A DNA stretch of 32,000 bases, taken from contig CP178758.1 of the NCBI GenBank assembly GCA_047651235.1, positions 1,560,001 to 1,592,000 of the forward strand, written 5' to 3'. Positions 1 through 9,036 of this stretch are shown in pieces. The DNA is from Candidatus Electrothrix yaqonensis. Its GTDB lineage: Bacteria; Desulfobacterota; Desulfobulbia; Desulfobulbales; Desulfobulbaceae. The notes beneath the pieces were generated by a model. It had not been told where the DNA came from. It worked only from the letters and a program-made list of their open reading frames with translations, and did no database searches. A program made the translations under genes and the position numbers. How positions within the stretch are numbered: position 1 is the first letter of the stretch; every line of letters starts with the position of its first letter.

Positions 1-2367
1 GATATTGATCAGTTCGTCAAAAGGTTTGTCATGCAGTTTGCCCATGTTTTCCCGGATTCTGTCAAACACCACCACCGAGTCGTTGAGCGAGTAGCCAGCC
101 AGGGTGAGCAGGGCCGTGACCAGGAGCAGATTCACCTCAACATCGATCAGCCAGCAGATGCCGAGTACAACTAGGACATCGTGGAAGGTGGCAGCGGCCG
201 CAGCCAGTCCGAAGCTGAAATCAAAACGGAGGGCAAGATAGAAAAGGACACCAAGCAGGGAGATGGCAATGGCCTCAATCGCCTTGTTGCGCAGCACCTC
301 AGAAATTGAAGAGCCGATCTCCGACTGGCTCTCCAGGACAAAGCTGTTGCCCTGCTGCCCGGCCAGCAGAGCAGTAATCTCGTCGCCGAAATGCCCGACC
401 GTATCTTCAGATTTTTTGATTTTGACGATCAGGCGATTTTCCCCGGTCACTTCCTGCAGATCAATATCGCCGAACCCCTTCTCTTTCAGCAGGGAACGGA
501 CCTCATCCAGCGGAAAGGATTTCTCCGCCTTATACTGGAGCATGGAACCGCCGGAAAAGTCAACCCCGAGATTGGCCTTGCCGAGCAGGATCTCAACAAA
601 GGACACTGTGCCGAAGATCACCAGAAGGGCTGATACAGTGAAGGCGATTTTTCTGATGCCCATGAAGTTAAAATTCGGTTTTTTGACAAAACGCATGAAC
701 CGCAGCTCACGTAGTTTGCGGCCGCTGAACAGCCAGTCGTACATGAGCCGGCTGCAGAAGAGTACGGCAAAGAGATTGAAGATAATCCCCAGGGACAGGG
801 TAATGGCAAAGCCCTTGATCGGCCCGGTACCGAAGAGAAACAGGGCCAGCGCCGTGATCAGCGTGGTGACCTGGGAATCGACAATGGACCAGAACGCCTT
901 GTCAAAACCTGTATCCACTCCAGACCGCACGGATTTCCCCAAGGCGAACTCCTCCCGCATCCGCTCGAAGATCAGAACATTGGCATCAACCGCCATACCG
1001 ATGGACAGGATGATACCGGCAATACCGGGCAGGGTCAGGGTGGCCCCGAGCATAGCCAGTCCGGCAAAGAGGAACAGGATGTTCAGAGCCAGAGAAAGAT
1101 CAGCAAACACCCCGGAAAGCCGGTAGTAGATAATCATGAAGACCAGGACCATCAGGGCACCGAACAGACCGGATGTCAGGCCCTTGCTGATGGAGTCGTG
1201 GCCCAGGCTGGCACCCACGGTCAGGTTCTGGATAATTTCCACCGGAGCGGGCAGAGCACCGACCCGGAGAACAATAGCCAGATCGCTGGCCTCTTCGTGG
1301 GTGAAGCTCCCGGAAATCTGGGCGGAACCCCCGATAATCCGTTCCCGGATCACCGGGGCTGAACGCACGACCCCATCCAGGACAATGGCCAGCCGCCTCT
1401 GGACATTTTTTTCCGTAATGTTGCCAAAAATTTTGCCGCCCCGACCGGTGAGATCAAGACTGACATAAGGTTCGTTGAACTGGCCGCCGATCCTGGGCTG
1501 GGCATTTTTGACCATGTCTCCGGTCATCAGGATCGGGCTTTCCAGGAGCATGGGAACCTTGCTCTCTTTTTTGGTCTGCGGATCAACGAGCCGCTGAAAG
1601 GAGATTTCTGTTCCCTTGGGCAGGCTTCCCTGCAGGGCAAGGTTGAGCTGTTTCGGCTCATCGTCTTCTTTCCATTGGCCGCCAGCAATGGCCTGGGCAA
1701 CAAGACCCTTCAGATCCAGGCCGCTGTCCTCGGCAACGATCTTGAATTCCAGCTGGGCAGTCTGGCCGATCAGATCCAGAGCCCGGTCGGGATCTTTGAC
1801 ACCGGGCAGCTGGACCACGATTTCATCTTCACCCTGGCGGATGATCACCGGCTCGGCCACACCGAACTGATCAATCCGGTTCCGGATGATCTCCAGCGAC
1901 TGGGCTACAGCATTTTTGCGGATAAATTGTATTTCATCATCCGTGAGTTTCAGGGTGATCCGAGGGAAACTCCCTTCTTCCGCCTCTACGTCAATATCCA
2001 AATTAGGGAAATCTTCTTTGATGATCTCGTTGACCGTACCTACTGCGCCGGTATTGGGCAGGGTAAAGGTGACCTGGGAGGGATCGGGAGAATCCAGCTG
2101 CACGGCTGAAATATTTTTTTCCGCAAGCCCTTCCTTCAAATCCGAAGCAGCAAGCTCAAGCGAGTTTTCAACCGCCTTGTCCAGATCAACCCGCAACACC
2201 AGATGCATACCGCCCTGCAGATCAAGCCCCAGTTTCAGACCCTCCGGGGCCAGATATTTTTTCCACCAGTCCGGCGCCCCCTTGTAAAAGGAAGGGATGA
2301 TGGTCATAGCGGAAAAGAGGATAAGGGTAAAAAGCAGCCCGATCTTGAGTTTCAGGTTGGTATTCAT
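1..2367 (-). CDS. secDF: Fused SecD-SecF protein-export membrane protein; C-terminus runs off the left window edge
   Basis: The reverse-strand ATG at 2367 opens a frame of 789 codons with no stop down to position 1. It is absent from the ORF track because it is open-ended. My translation starts MNTNLKLKIGLLFTLILFSAMTIIPSFYKGAPDWWKKYLAPEGLKLGLDLQGGMHLVLRVD, a SecD-type N-terminus. A SecF-type N-terminus, MRFVKKPNFNFMGIRKIAFTVSALLVIFG, begins in the same frame at 696 with no stop before it. The distal part reads LTLAGYSLNDSVVVFDRIRENMGK, a SecF signature. Confidence 0.85.
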   Translation of the reverse strand, partial: MNTNLKLKIGLLFTLILFSAMTIIPSFYKGAPDWWKKYLAPEGLKLGLDLQGGMHLVLRVDLDKAVENSLELAASDLKEGLAEKNISAVQLDSPDPSQVTFTLPNTGAVGTVNEIIKEDFPNLDIDVEAEEGSFPRITLKLTDDEIQFIRKNAVAQSLEIIRNRIDQFGVAEPVIIRQGEDEIVVQLPGVKDPDRALDLIGQTAQLEFKIVAEDSGLDLKGLVAQAIAGGQWKEDDEPKQLNLALQGSLPKGTEISFQRLVDPQTKKESKVPMLLESPILMTGDMVKNAQPRIGGQFNEPYVSLDLTGRGGKIFGNITEKNVQRRLAIVLDGVVRSAPVIRERIIGGSAQISGSFTHEEASDLAIVLRVGALPAPVEIIQNLTVGASLGHDSISKGLTSGLFGALMVLVFMIIYYRLSGVFADLSLALNILFLFAGLAMLGATLTLPGIAGIILSIGMAVDANVLIFERMREEFALGKSVRSGVDTGFDKAFWSIVDSQVTTLITALALFLFGTGPIKGFAITLSLGIIFNLFAVLFCSRLMYDWLFSGRKLRELRFMRFVKKPNFNFMGIRKIAFTVSALLVIFGTVSFVEILLGKANLGVDFSGGSMLQYKAEKSFPLDEVRSLLKEKGFGDIDLQEVTGENRLIVKIKKSEDTVGHFGDEITALLAGQQGNSFVLESQSEIGSSISEVLRNKAIEAIAISLLGVLFYLALRFDFSFGLAAAAATFHDVLVVLGICWLIDVEVNLLLVTALLTLAGYSLNDSVVVFDRIRENMGKLHDKPFDELINI

Positions 2368-2587
2368 GGATGTTTTCCCTATTAAACGATTTTGATGCAG
2401 CTGAATGTCCTGACGTTCTGTAAACGTACAAACGGGACAACTGTACGCAGTACGAAAAAAATATTGAGGAATATACGACAGAGAGGAGTATCTTGCAATG
2501 GTGGGAAGCGTTTTTTTGCCTTTATTCCGCCAGAAATGTGGGAGCAGGGACGGCGAGCAGGCAGGACTGCTGCTCCGCAGCATCCCG

Positions 2588-3367
2588 TTATGCTTCCTCC
2601 TGTACGTCCTGTGGATTTTTTCTGTTGATCGCTGCAGCCATGCAGGCGGCGCCGAATCCGTTGTCAATATTCACCACAGCCATGCCGGGGGCGCAGCTGT
2701 TGAGCATACCGAGCAGGGCCGAGAAACCGCCTGCTCCGGTGCCGTAACCCACCGAACTGGGAACGGCAATGACCGGTGCCGGGGTCATGCCTGCCACCAC
2801 CGAGGGAAGGGCGCCCTCCATTCCGGCAACCACAATCAGGACCGCAGCCTGCTGCAGCATTGCGCAGTGGTTCAGGATTCTGTGCAGCCCGGCAACTCCG
2901 GCGTCATAGAGCGTTTCAACCCGGTGCCCGAAATACTCCAGACAAATCCGGACTTCCTCGGCAACAGGGATATCCGAGGTTCCGGCAGTCACCACCACCA
3001 CCGTCCCCCTGCCGGTATTTTTTGGGATGTACTGCTCATTGCCGGTGAGCAGTCGGGGTGCTGCGTGATAAGTCAGACCGTCAACTTGTGCGCAGACCTG
3101 TTCCGCCTTGTCCGGCTCAACTCTGGTGGCCAGGACAACCGTCTGCCGCTGCAGCATGGCTGGCAGGATCTCGACCAGCTGGGCAACAGTCTTGTTCTCT
3201 CCGAACACCGCTTCCGGCAGGCCGGTACGCAGCATCCGATGATGGTCCAGCCGGGCGGAATCCAGCACCTCAACCGGCAGCAGACGTAATGCGTTCAGCG
3301 CCTCCTCCGGAGTTGTTCCGCCGATTTTTACCTGCTGCAGTAAGGTCAGAATCTGCTGTTCATTCAT
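2588..3367 (-). CDS. larB: LarB-type nickel-pincer cofactor biosynthesis protein (AIR-carboxylase-like; pyridinium-3,5-biscarboxylic acid mononucleotide synthase)
   Basis: The ORF 2588..3433 translation contains LPEAVFGENKT...VLATRV...VVVVTAGTSDIPVAEE...VVAGMEGALPSVVAGMTPAPVIAVPSSVGYGTGAGGFSALLGMLNSCAPGMAVVNIDNGFGAA, which is typical of LarB/PurE-like proteins. The track start at 3433 is a TTG. The internal ATG at 3367 (MNEQQILTLL) is the more plausible start. Confidence 0.8.
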   Translation of the reverse strand: MNEQQILTLLQQVKIGGTTPEEALNALRLLPVEVLDSARLDHHRMLRTGLPEAVFGENKTVAQLVEILPAMLQRQTVVLATRVEPDKAEQVCAQVDGLTYHAAPRLLTGNEQYIPKNTGRGTVVVVTAGTSDIPVAEEVRICLEYFGHRVETLYDAGVAGLHRILNHCAMLQQAAVLIVVAGMEGALPSVVAGMTPAPVIAVPSSVGYGTGAGGFSALLGMLNSCAPGMAVVNIDNGFGAACMAAAINRKNPQDVQEEA

Positions 3368-3564
3368 TCTGTCACGGAGTGGTATAGTGAAAGTAGTGGG
3401 CACTGCGTAAAAATTCAAGTCGCCATGAGGCAAAAGAGCAGCCCTGCTGTTCTCTGCTCAGCAGAAAAATCCATCAGGTCCGCCGGGATTATCCTTGTAT
3501 TGTATCCGCCTGTGCGTGTACATATATAAGAGTATATAAATAATCATTCTTTATCTGTCTGACC

Positions 3565-6500
3565 ATGAAAATATTCAGCGAAAAAAATATCGGTAAACTG
3601 ATTATCCTCAATTCAAGCCTGGTTGCTCTGCTGATGTGGCTCGGCGTTGTTACGCATACCTTCTGGGAGTCTGAAATAAATCTCAAGATGGAACTGCTGC
3701 AGATGGAGGATGAATATATAAAAAATAAAAAAATCAGCGTGCGTGACTCGGTACTGGATTTTATCAACAGCATGGATATGCGCCATAAAACAGCTACTGA
3801 GGTTCTAAAGCAGACACTGAAGGAACAGGTGGATCAAATTCATTCCATTGCCATGCATCTGTACCGGCAGAACGCAACAACTATGGACAAGGAAAAGCTG
3901 GAAGGACTGATCATTGAAGCAATCCGTCCGATCACCTTCAACAACGGTCGCAACTCTTTCTTTATCCGCTCCATGTCCGGAATTACCAGACTCTGGCCTC
4001 CTGATCCGCAGCAGGAAGGGAAAAGTATTTATCACAACAGCAATGAAAACAGGCTGCAGGTTTTCAACAGCATGTTTGTCACAGCACGCTATCACGGGAG
4101 CGGGTTCAACGAGTATCTCTGGCCCAAGCCGGGTGAGAAGGATGATAAACTGTATCAAAAAATAGCCTATATAAAACATTTTGCTCCGTTTGACTGGTAC
4201 ATCGGGGCCGGGGACTATCTGGTGGAAATCGAACGGGATGTGCAGCAGCATGTCACAAACATTGTCCATCAGCATGCAAGCCGTACGGACAACGAATTCA
4301 TGTTTATCCTTGACCTGCGCAGTATGAAGGGAGGGGATAAAATTGCCACCATGCTGGTTTCTCCTGATCAGCCCGATCCGCTGAACGACCTGCTGAGAGA
4401 CGATTATGAGGATCCGCAGGGTGAAAAATTCCGGGAGAAATTTCTCAGTGGCCTCAAAGAAAATGGCGAGGTGTTTGTCAAATATCGGGATCAGAAACCG
4501 GGGACCAAGGAGATCCGTCCCAAGATGGCCTATTTCAAGCTCTATCCGAAATGGAGCTGGATCATTGCCCGGGGGTTTTATTTTGACGACCTGATTGCCC
4601 GGATAGAGCATATCAAGAAGGAGCACCGAAATCTTTTCCGGGAAAAAATAAAAATATCACTTGCTATTTTCTGTTTTATCCTTCTCGGTTCTTTATGTCT
4701 TTCGCTGCTGTTTTCGCATAGGGTACGCACGCTTTTTCTTTCCTACCGGCAACGGCTGGAAAAATCGAACAGAGAGCTGGTCAAGGCTATGGACAGGGCC
4801 CATGCCGCGACGGTTGCCAAGTCTGAGTTTCTTGCCAATATGAGCCATGAAATTAGAACGCCGCTGAACGGAGTCATCAATCTCTCCGAACTGGTGCTGG
4901 AAACGGAATTGGATGACAGGCAGCAGGACTATATGGAGAAAATTCTTCTTTCTTCCAGGAGCCTTCTGGAGATCATCAACGATATTCTTGATTTCTCGAA
5001 AATCGAAGCAGGAATGCTCAATATTGAAAAGGTCTGTTTTGATCTGCCGGAACTGTTTGACAAATTAATGCTGATGTTTACGGAACAGTGCCTGCAGAAA
5101 AATATCCAGCTCAGACTTTCGCTTGCCCCGGATCTGCCGCAGAATGTTGTCGGCGACCCCATGCGTTTGTATCAGGTACTGTCCAATCTTATCGGCAATG
5201 CCATTAAATTTACCGAACAGGGGGAGATTCTTCTTTCCGCTGGCGTGCTGCAGCAGAAACCGGAGCGGGCGGTGATCCAGTTTACCGTGTCTGATACCGG
5301 GATCGGTATTGCTGAAGAAAAAGTAGCCCTTCTGTTTGAATCATTCACCCAGGCGGACAGCTCCACAGCACGGAAATACGGGGGAACCGGGCTCGGCCTG
5401 ACCATCTGCAAGCGACTTGTTGCCCTGATGGGCGGCAAGCTGGCCGTGGAAAGTGAGATCGACCGGGGGAGTACTTTTTATTTTTCCCTGAATTTCGCCC
5501 TGAAAGGGCAACAGAAATCTCCTGAAGGAGGAGGCAGCACCAGCGAAACAGCAGCAGCAATGGCAAGCATCCGCTATGCATATATTCTGCTGGTTGAAGA
5601 CAATATTATCAATCAGCAGGTGGCTCAGGAAATTCTTGCCAAGGCAAATCTACACGTTGAAACGGTGAACAACGGACAGGAAGCAGTTGATGCCGCAGCT
5701 GCCAGGAATTTCGATGCGGTGCTGATGGATATCCAGATGCCGGTTATGGACGGGTATGAGGCAACCAGAGTGATCCGTCAGGAACTGAAAAAAACAGACC
5801 TGCCGATTATCGCCATGACTGCTCATGCAGTGAATGAAGAGCGGGATAAATGTTTCCACATGGGAATGAACGACCACATTCCCAAGCCCATCAACCGGAA
5901 CGCGCTGTTTATGACCTTAAGCAAATGGATCATCGAGCAGCCTGACCAGCTGAGCACTCCATCAAGTGCATCAAAGGCGGAAGAAAATACTGAGCAATGC
6001 GGAGCAGTCGGAAACAGTCAGTGCGTCCGTAAATCCCCCTGCCTCAGAGAGCTTCTTACCGAAGTGGCAAACGGCCGGGCCCCGGGCGGCCTGAATCTTG
6101 TCGAAGGCCTGCAGCGTGTGGAAGGAAATGAACAGCTGTATCGGAAGCTGCTCAGGAGTTTCTGCCGGGAACAGAGAGATTCTGCAGCCAGGATATCCGC
6201 GCTTCTCCAGGAGAATGACCGGGAGGGAATCAGATTTTTTGCCCACGGCCTGAAAGGAGTTGCCGGAAATATCGGCCTGACCACCCTGCACAGCTTGTCT
6301 GCTGAGATAAACCGGAAAGCAGAGACGGCGGATTCTGAAGAACTGGAGGGGCTGGTTCTTCGGCTTGCCAAGCAGGTGGAAACGGTTGTGGAGTATCTTT
6401 CCCCACGTGTTGATGAGGATTATGATGCAGAGGACGACGATGCGGATAATACGGAGGAATATCCGCCGGAACAGTGGAATACCCCGGAGGCGTTATCAGC

Positions 6501-6690
6501 CCTGCGGGAGCTTGCAGCTCTGCTGGAGCAGTCGGATTTTTCCTCTCTCCAGTTTCTGGAGAAAAATAAAGGAACTCTGAAACCGTTGATGGACAGGCGG
6601 TCTTTTGCCCAGCTCCTGGAATATACAGAAGGGTTCAGCTTTGACAGGGCATTAGAAGTAATCAGCAGTACTGCAGAGGGTTACCGATAG
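3565..6690 (+). CDS. Hybrid sensor histidine kinase: TM, two tandem Cache-like modules, TM, HisKA, HATPase_c, REC, Hpt
   Basis: 1041 aa. There is an N-terminal hydrophobic helix. Cache-type motifs are [35 protein letters not shown] and [38 protein letters not shown] second TM is [20 protein letters not shown]. The H-box is [15 protein letters not shown], and the N/G boxes are [10 protein letters not shown] and DTGIGI...GGTGLGL. The receiver reads [11 protein letters not shown]...[14 protein letters not shown]...PIIAMTAH...KP. The Hpt motif is [11 protein letters not shown]. Confidence 0.9.
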   Translation: MKIFSEKNIGKLIILNSSLVALLMWLGVVTHTFWESEINLKMELLQMEDEYIKNKKISVRDSVLDFINSMDMRHKTATEVLKQTLKEQVDQIHSIAMHLYRQNATTMDKEKLEGLIIEAIRPITFNNGRNSFFIRSMSGITRLWPPDPQQEGKSIYHNSNENRLQVFNSMFVTARYHGSGFNEYLWPKPGEKDDKLYQKIAYIKHFAPFDWYIGAGDYLVEIERDVQQHVTNIVHQHASRTDNEFMFILDLRSMKGGDKIATMLVSPDQPDPLNDLLRDDYEDPQGEKFREKFLSGLKENGEVFVKYRDQKPGTKEIRPKMAYFKLYPKWSWIIARGFYFDDLIARIEHIKKEHRNLFREKIKISLAIFCFILLGSLCLSLLFSHRVRTLFLSYRQRLEKSNRELVKAMDRAHAATVAKSEFLANMSHEIRTPLNGVINLSELVLETELDDRQQDYMEKILLSSRSLLEIINDILDFSKIEAGMLNIEKVCFDLPELFDKLMLMFTEQCLQKNIQLRLSLAPDLPQNVVGDPMRLYQVLSNLIGNAIKFTEQGEILLSAGVLQQKPERAVIQFTVSDTGIGIAEEKVALLFESFTQADSSTARKYGGTGLGLTICKRLVALMGGKLAVESEIDRGSTFYFSLNFALKGQQKSPEGGGSTSETAAAMASIRYAYILLVEDNIINQQVAQEILAKANLHVETVNNGQEAVDAAAARNFDAVLMDIQMPVMDGYEATRVIRQELKKTDLPIIAMTAHAVNEERDKCFHMGMNDHIPKPINRNALFMTLSKWIIEQPDQLSTPSSASKAEENTEQCGAVGNSQCVRKSPCLRELLTEVANGRAPGGLNLVEGLQRVEGNEQLYRKLLRSFCREQRDSAARISALLQENDREGIRFFAHGLKGVAGNIGLTTLHSLSAEINRKAETADSEELEGLVLRLAKQVETVVEYLSPRVDEDYDAEDDDADNTEEYPPEQWNTPEALSALRELAALLEQSDFSSLQFLEKNKGTLKPLMDRRSFAQLLEYTEGFSFDRALEVISSTAEGYR

Positions 6691-6715
6691 TCGGGGCGGA
6701 GAGGAGGGACCGGGA

Positions 6716-7342
6716 TCAGAGCTGCCGGTTCCGCAGCCTGAGGCGGATCAGGGCCAGTTTTTCCGCCACCTGTCTGTACTCCAGAAGATGAACATACGGT
6801 TCCAGCTCATTCACCTCTTCTTCCAGAGCAGTATCGGTAACATACCTCTGCAGAGCAGCATAGCTCTGCAGGGCCTTGAAGTCTCCGGCCCTGAGGTCAT
6901 GATCAAGTTCCTCCAGCAGAGAACAAAGAACATCGCTGTCCAGTTTTCCTTCCAATGAGCGCGGGAGATCTTCCTGGTGCTGGTCATGGAGAAGAGCTGC
7001 TATGGAATGCAGCACCGTCTCCACTGTGCGGGAGAAATCCTGCAGGGCAGGACGATAATCGCCCTGTGTAACAGCTGCTTCAAGCGCTGCCGAGGCCATA
7101 TACAGTTCCGTTGCCCCGATGCTTCCGGCAACGCCTTTTGTGGAGTGTGCCAGTCTTCGGGCTGCGTTCCAGTTGTTTTCCTCCAGATTTCCTTCCATTC
7201 TGGCCATCAGATCACGATTGCATTCTGCAAATTTCTGCAGCAGGCTGATGTACAGCTTTGTGTTTCCTTCAAGCTGCCTGATTCCGGCCCGGATGTCAAG
7301 GCAGGGCAGACTGTGCGGCAGTGACAGTAGTTCTTCAGTCAT
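6716..7342 (-). CDS. Stand-alone histidine phosphotransfer (Hpt) domain protein
   Basis: 208 aa. The Hpt signature is AHSTKGVAGSIGATELYMASAALE, preceded by the LEGNTKLYISLLQKF helix typical of Hpt domains. The gene is convergent with the hybrid kinase, with 25 bp between the two stop codons. Confidence 0.75.
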   Translation of the reverse strand: MTEELLSLPHSLPCLDIRAGIRQLEGNTKLYISLLQKFAECNRDLMARMEGNLEENNWNAARRLAHSTKGVAGSIGATELYMASAALEAAVTQGDYRPALQDFSRTVETVLHSIAALLHDQHQEDLPRSLEGKLDSDVLCSLLEELDHDLRAGDFKALQSYAALQRYVTDTALEEEVNELEPYVHLLEYRQVAEKLALIRLRLRNRQL

Positions 7343-7479
7343 TGTTCAGATGTATTTTCCGGTATGTTTGTAAGGTCAGGCCCGGATAGCATGAGCATGA
7401 CTTTTTCCGGAAAACAGCATATCAGAAATCCCTCATTACCTCAATACACAAGAAACAAGAACTGCTTTGTTCAGAAATA

Positions 7480-7498
7480 CCCGGAGTATCACTCCGGG
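7480..7498 (-). terminator. Hairpin downstream of the 7531..8139 gene; possible intrinsic terminator
   Basis: A perfect 8-bp inverted repeat, cccggagt / actccggg, has a 3-nt loop and lies 33 nt past the stop codon. The minus-strand tail TATTTCT is only moderately U-rich. Confidence 0.4.
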
Positions 7499-7530
7499 CT
7501 GAGATTAAGTGGCAGATAAGTTCTGGTACT

Positions 7531-8139
7531 TCAGGAAAAGTCCCGCTGATGCAGCAACGTATAGCTGAATTTATTCCCAAAAGCCGTTCTTCCGGCCTTG
7601 CATTTCAGGAGAAAGTCGTCGAACTGGCGCTGATCCTGAAAGACCTGACAACCGGCAGAAAATTTCTGCTTTTCTATATACTCATCTGTGGTGCGGTGAA
7701 TATTGATGCCGAATTTGCCGGTTTGGGTGTTGGAGGCGATAAGGTTCAGTTTGTCGTCCCGGTTGTTGTCCCGGTACACCGTAACATGCCCAAGGCGTTG
7801 GCAGAGGGCTAGATGCCCTCCCTGCAGGCCCCGGTTGTGGATATCCAGCTTATATGCTCCCCGATACTGGCCTTCCTTTAGGATTGCGGTGCCGCGCCAG
7901 TTGACCGGTTGCCGTAAATAGCGGATGCTGGGGTCGGTGGTGATGTGGTAATAATAGATTTCCCAGATGCCGTGAAACTGATGAAATACTGTCAGGGTGT
8001 CATTAAAGGTTCCCGGCTCAGGATCAAGGGAGCGGATGCCGACGATGTTGAGATTCCAGTCGATTTCCGGGGTATTGTAGACCCGATATCCCTTGCCCTT
8101 CATCACGTCGATAATCTGTTCTACCGGTGGTCTGAACAT
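7531..8139 (-). CDS. YkuD / L,D-transpeptidase-fold-like protein; putative peptidoglycan-acting enzyme with no signal peptide
   Basis: 202 aa. The motif GINIHRTTDEYIEKQKFSAGCQVF has His, then 15 residues, then Cys within S-x-G-C. This matches the H-x(14-17)-[S/T]-x-G-C pattern of L,D-transpeptidase-type catalytic domains. The protein also has NIVGIRS and ITTDPS blocks. The fold assignment is a motif-based inference. Confidence 0.45.
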   Translation of the reverse strand: MFRPPVEQIIDVMKGKGYRVYNTPEIDWNLNIVGIRSLDPEPGTFNDTLTVFHQFHGIWEIYYYHITTDPSIRYLRQPVNWRGTAILKEGQYRGAYKLDIHNRGLQGGHLALCQRLGHVTVYRDNNRDDKLNLIASNTQTGKFGINIHRTTDEYIEKQKFSAGCQVFQDQRQFDDFLLKCKAGRTAFGNKFSYTLLHQRDFS

Positions 8140-8338
8140 AATTGCCTCCTCCTTTGTTTTGTCTGCTTATCTTATTTCAGGTATACTCTCCCTTTCCCCC
8201 CTCCGGCGACCAGCCCTAGGCCATTGTCCAGATCGTCCAAGGGCCTGAACAACGGTCTGTCCCATCAGCCGGGTAGAGCAGGTAATAGGTGCAGCCCCTG
8301 TACCGAAAATGGTGCATGGTATGCACCCTACAGGGCTG

Positions 8339-8373
8339 AAAAAACCGGGTCATGCGCCAAGCACACACCCGGT
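8339..8373 (-). terminator. Candidate rho-independent terminator (minus strand)
   Basis: On the minus strand, the stem ACCGGGT / ACCCGGT (7 bp, 16-nt loop) is followed by TTTTTT, seen as the A-run 8339-8344 on the plus strand. It lies about 120 nt downstream of the 8492..8830 ORF. Confidence 0.45.
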
Positions 8374-8391
8374 GGGCAGAATACAGAAAGA

Positions 8392-8421
8392 GCCGCAAGC
8401 ATAAGCTGGCGGCCTTTTTTT
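8392..8421 (+). terminator. Candidate rho-independent terminator (plus strand) with no annotated plus-strand gene upstream
   Basis: The stem is GCCGC-A-AGC [ATAA] GCT-G-GCGGC, 8 bp with one A/G mismatch and a tetraloop. It is followed by C and then TTTTTTT at 8415-8421. Confidence 0.4.
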
Positions 8422-8491
8422 ATATTTTGCTAACGTCGCAAATCAGCCGCGCAGCTTTTTGGCGTCGGCTGAATTTGCCTTGTTATGCGAT

Positions 8492-8830
8492 TCATGACGC
8501 AATGAACCTTCTCAGATAATAATCTTCCTGCTTTTGTGACTTGCATTGATAGGTGTCGCTAATCATTTTCCTCAGTGTTTCACCATTAGGCCCGACTTTT
8601 TCTTCTGCTTCCGCCATATTAACTGAATCCAATTCTTCCTGAGTAAATCCGTTTTGAGGCATTGGATTAATAGTCCAGATGTCTTTTATACTAACGCTGT
8701 CACCATTGGATAATTTTATATTTTCAAGTATTTCTTTCAGCTTTATTGCTCCAGCACCATACATTAAAGCAATATTTATTTTTTGATCTATTTTTACATT
8801 GATTGCTGGAGAACGGTTAAATAATGTCAC
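8492..8830 (-). CDS. Hypothetical protein in an AT-rich cassette
   Basis: 112-aa ORF with a GTG start. I recognised no motif. The local composition is visibly AT-richer than the flanking DNA. The start overlaps the stop of a 38-codon upstream ORF in a GTGA arrangement. Confidence 0.45.
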   Translation of the reverse strand: MTLFNRSPAINVKIDQKINIALMYGAGAIKLKEILENIKLSNGDSVSIKDIWTINPMPQNGFTQEELDSVNMAEAEEKVGPNGETLRKMISDTYQCKSQKQEDYYLRRFIAS

Positions 8831-8943
8831 ATCACATCACATGGCTGGCCTGTCATTGACAGCATAATTAACTGATGACTCAGAAATCCAGATCTGGAAC
8901 CGAATTCCTGCTGTATTTTCTCAATTGCTTCTTTAGTTTCCAT
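8827..8943 (-). CDS. Possible 38-aa small protein, translationally coupled to the 8492..8830 ORF
   Basis: My translation is METKEAIEKIQQEFGSRSGFLSHQLIMLSMTGQPCDVM. A good RBS, AAAGGGGA, lies 5 nt upstream of the ATG at 8943. The stop TGA overlaps the downstream GTG start. The ORF is too short for the ORF track. Confidence 0.25.
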   Translation of the reverse strand: METKEAIEKIQQEFGSRSGFLSHQLIMLSMTGQPCDVM

Positions 8944-9036
8944 TGTATCCCCTTTCTTGCAACGCATAACGTCCTGAATCACTTTCAAAATTGGCGCGTT
9001 CAATTTTGTAAAGTGGATTCATTTGTTGGACGATTC

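Noticed and set aside
263-2385. Several plus-strand ORFs from the track (263..1126, 1136..1468, 1675..2109, 1886..2287 and others).
   Set aside because: They lie antisense to an uninterrupted 789-codon frame with unmistakable SecD and SecF motifs. Their translations are low-complexity Ser/Arg/Pro-rich sequence typical of antisense frames.
2498-3289. 263-aa plus-strand ORF and neighbouring plus-strand ORFs overlapping 2588..3433.
   Set aside because: They are antisense to the well-conserved larB frame and contain no recognisable motifs.
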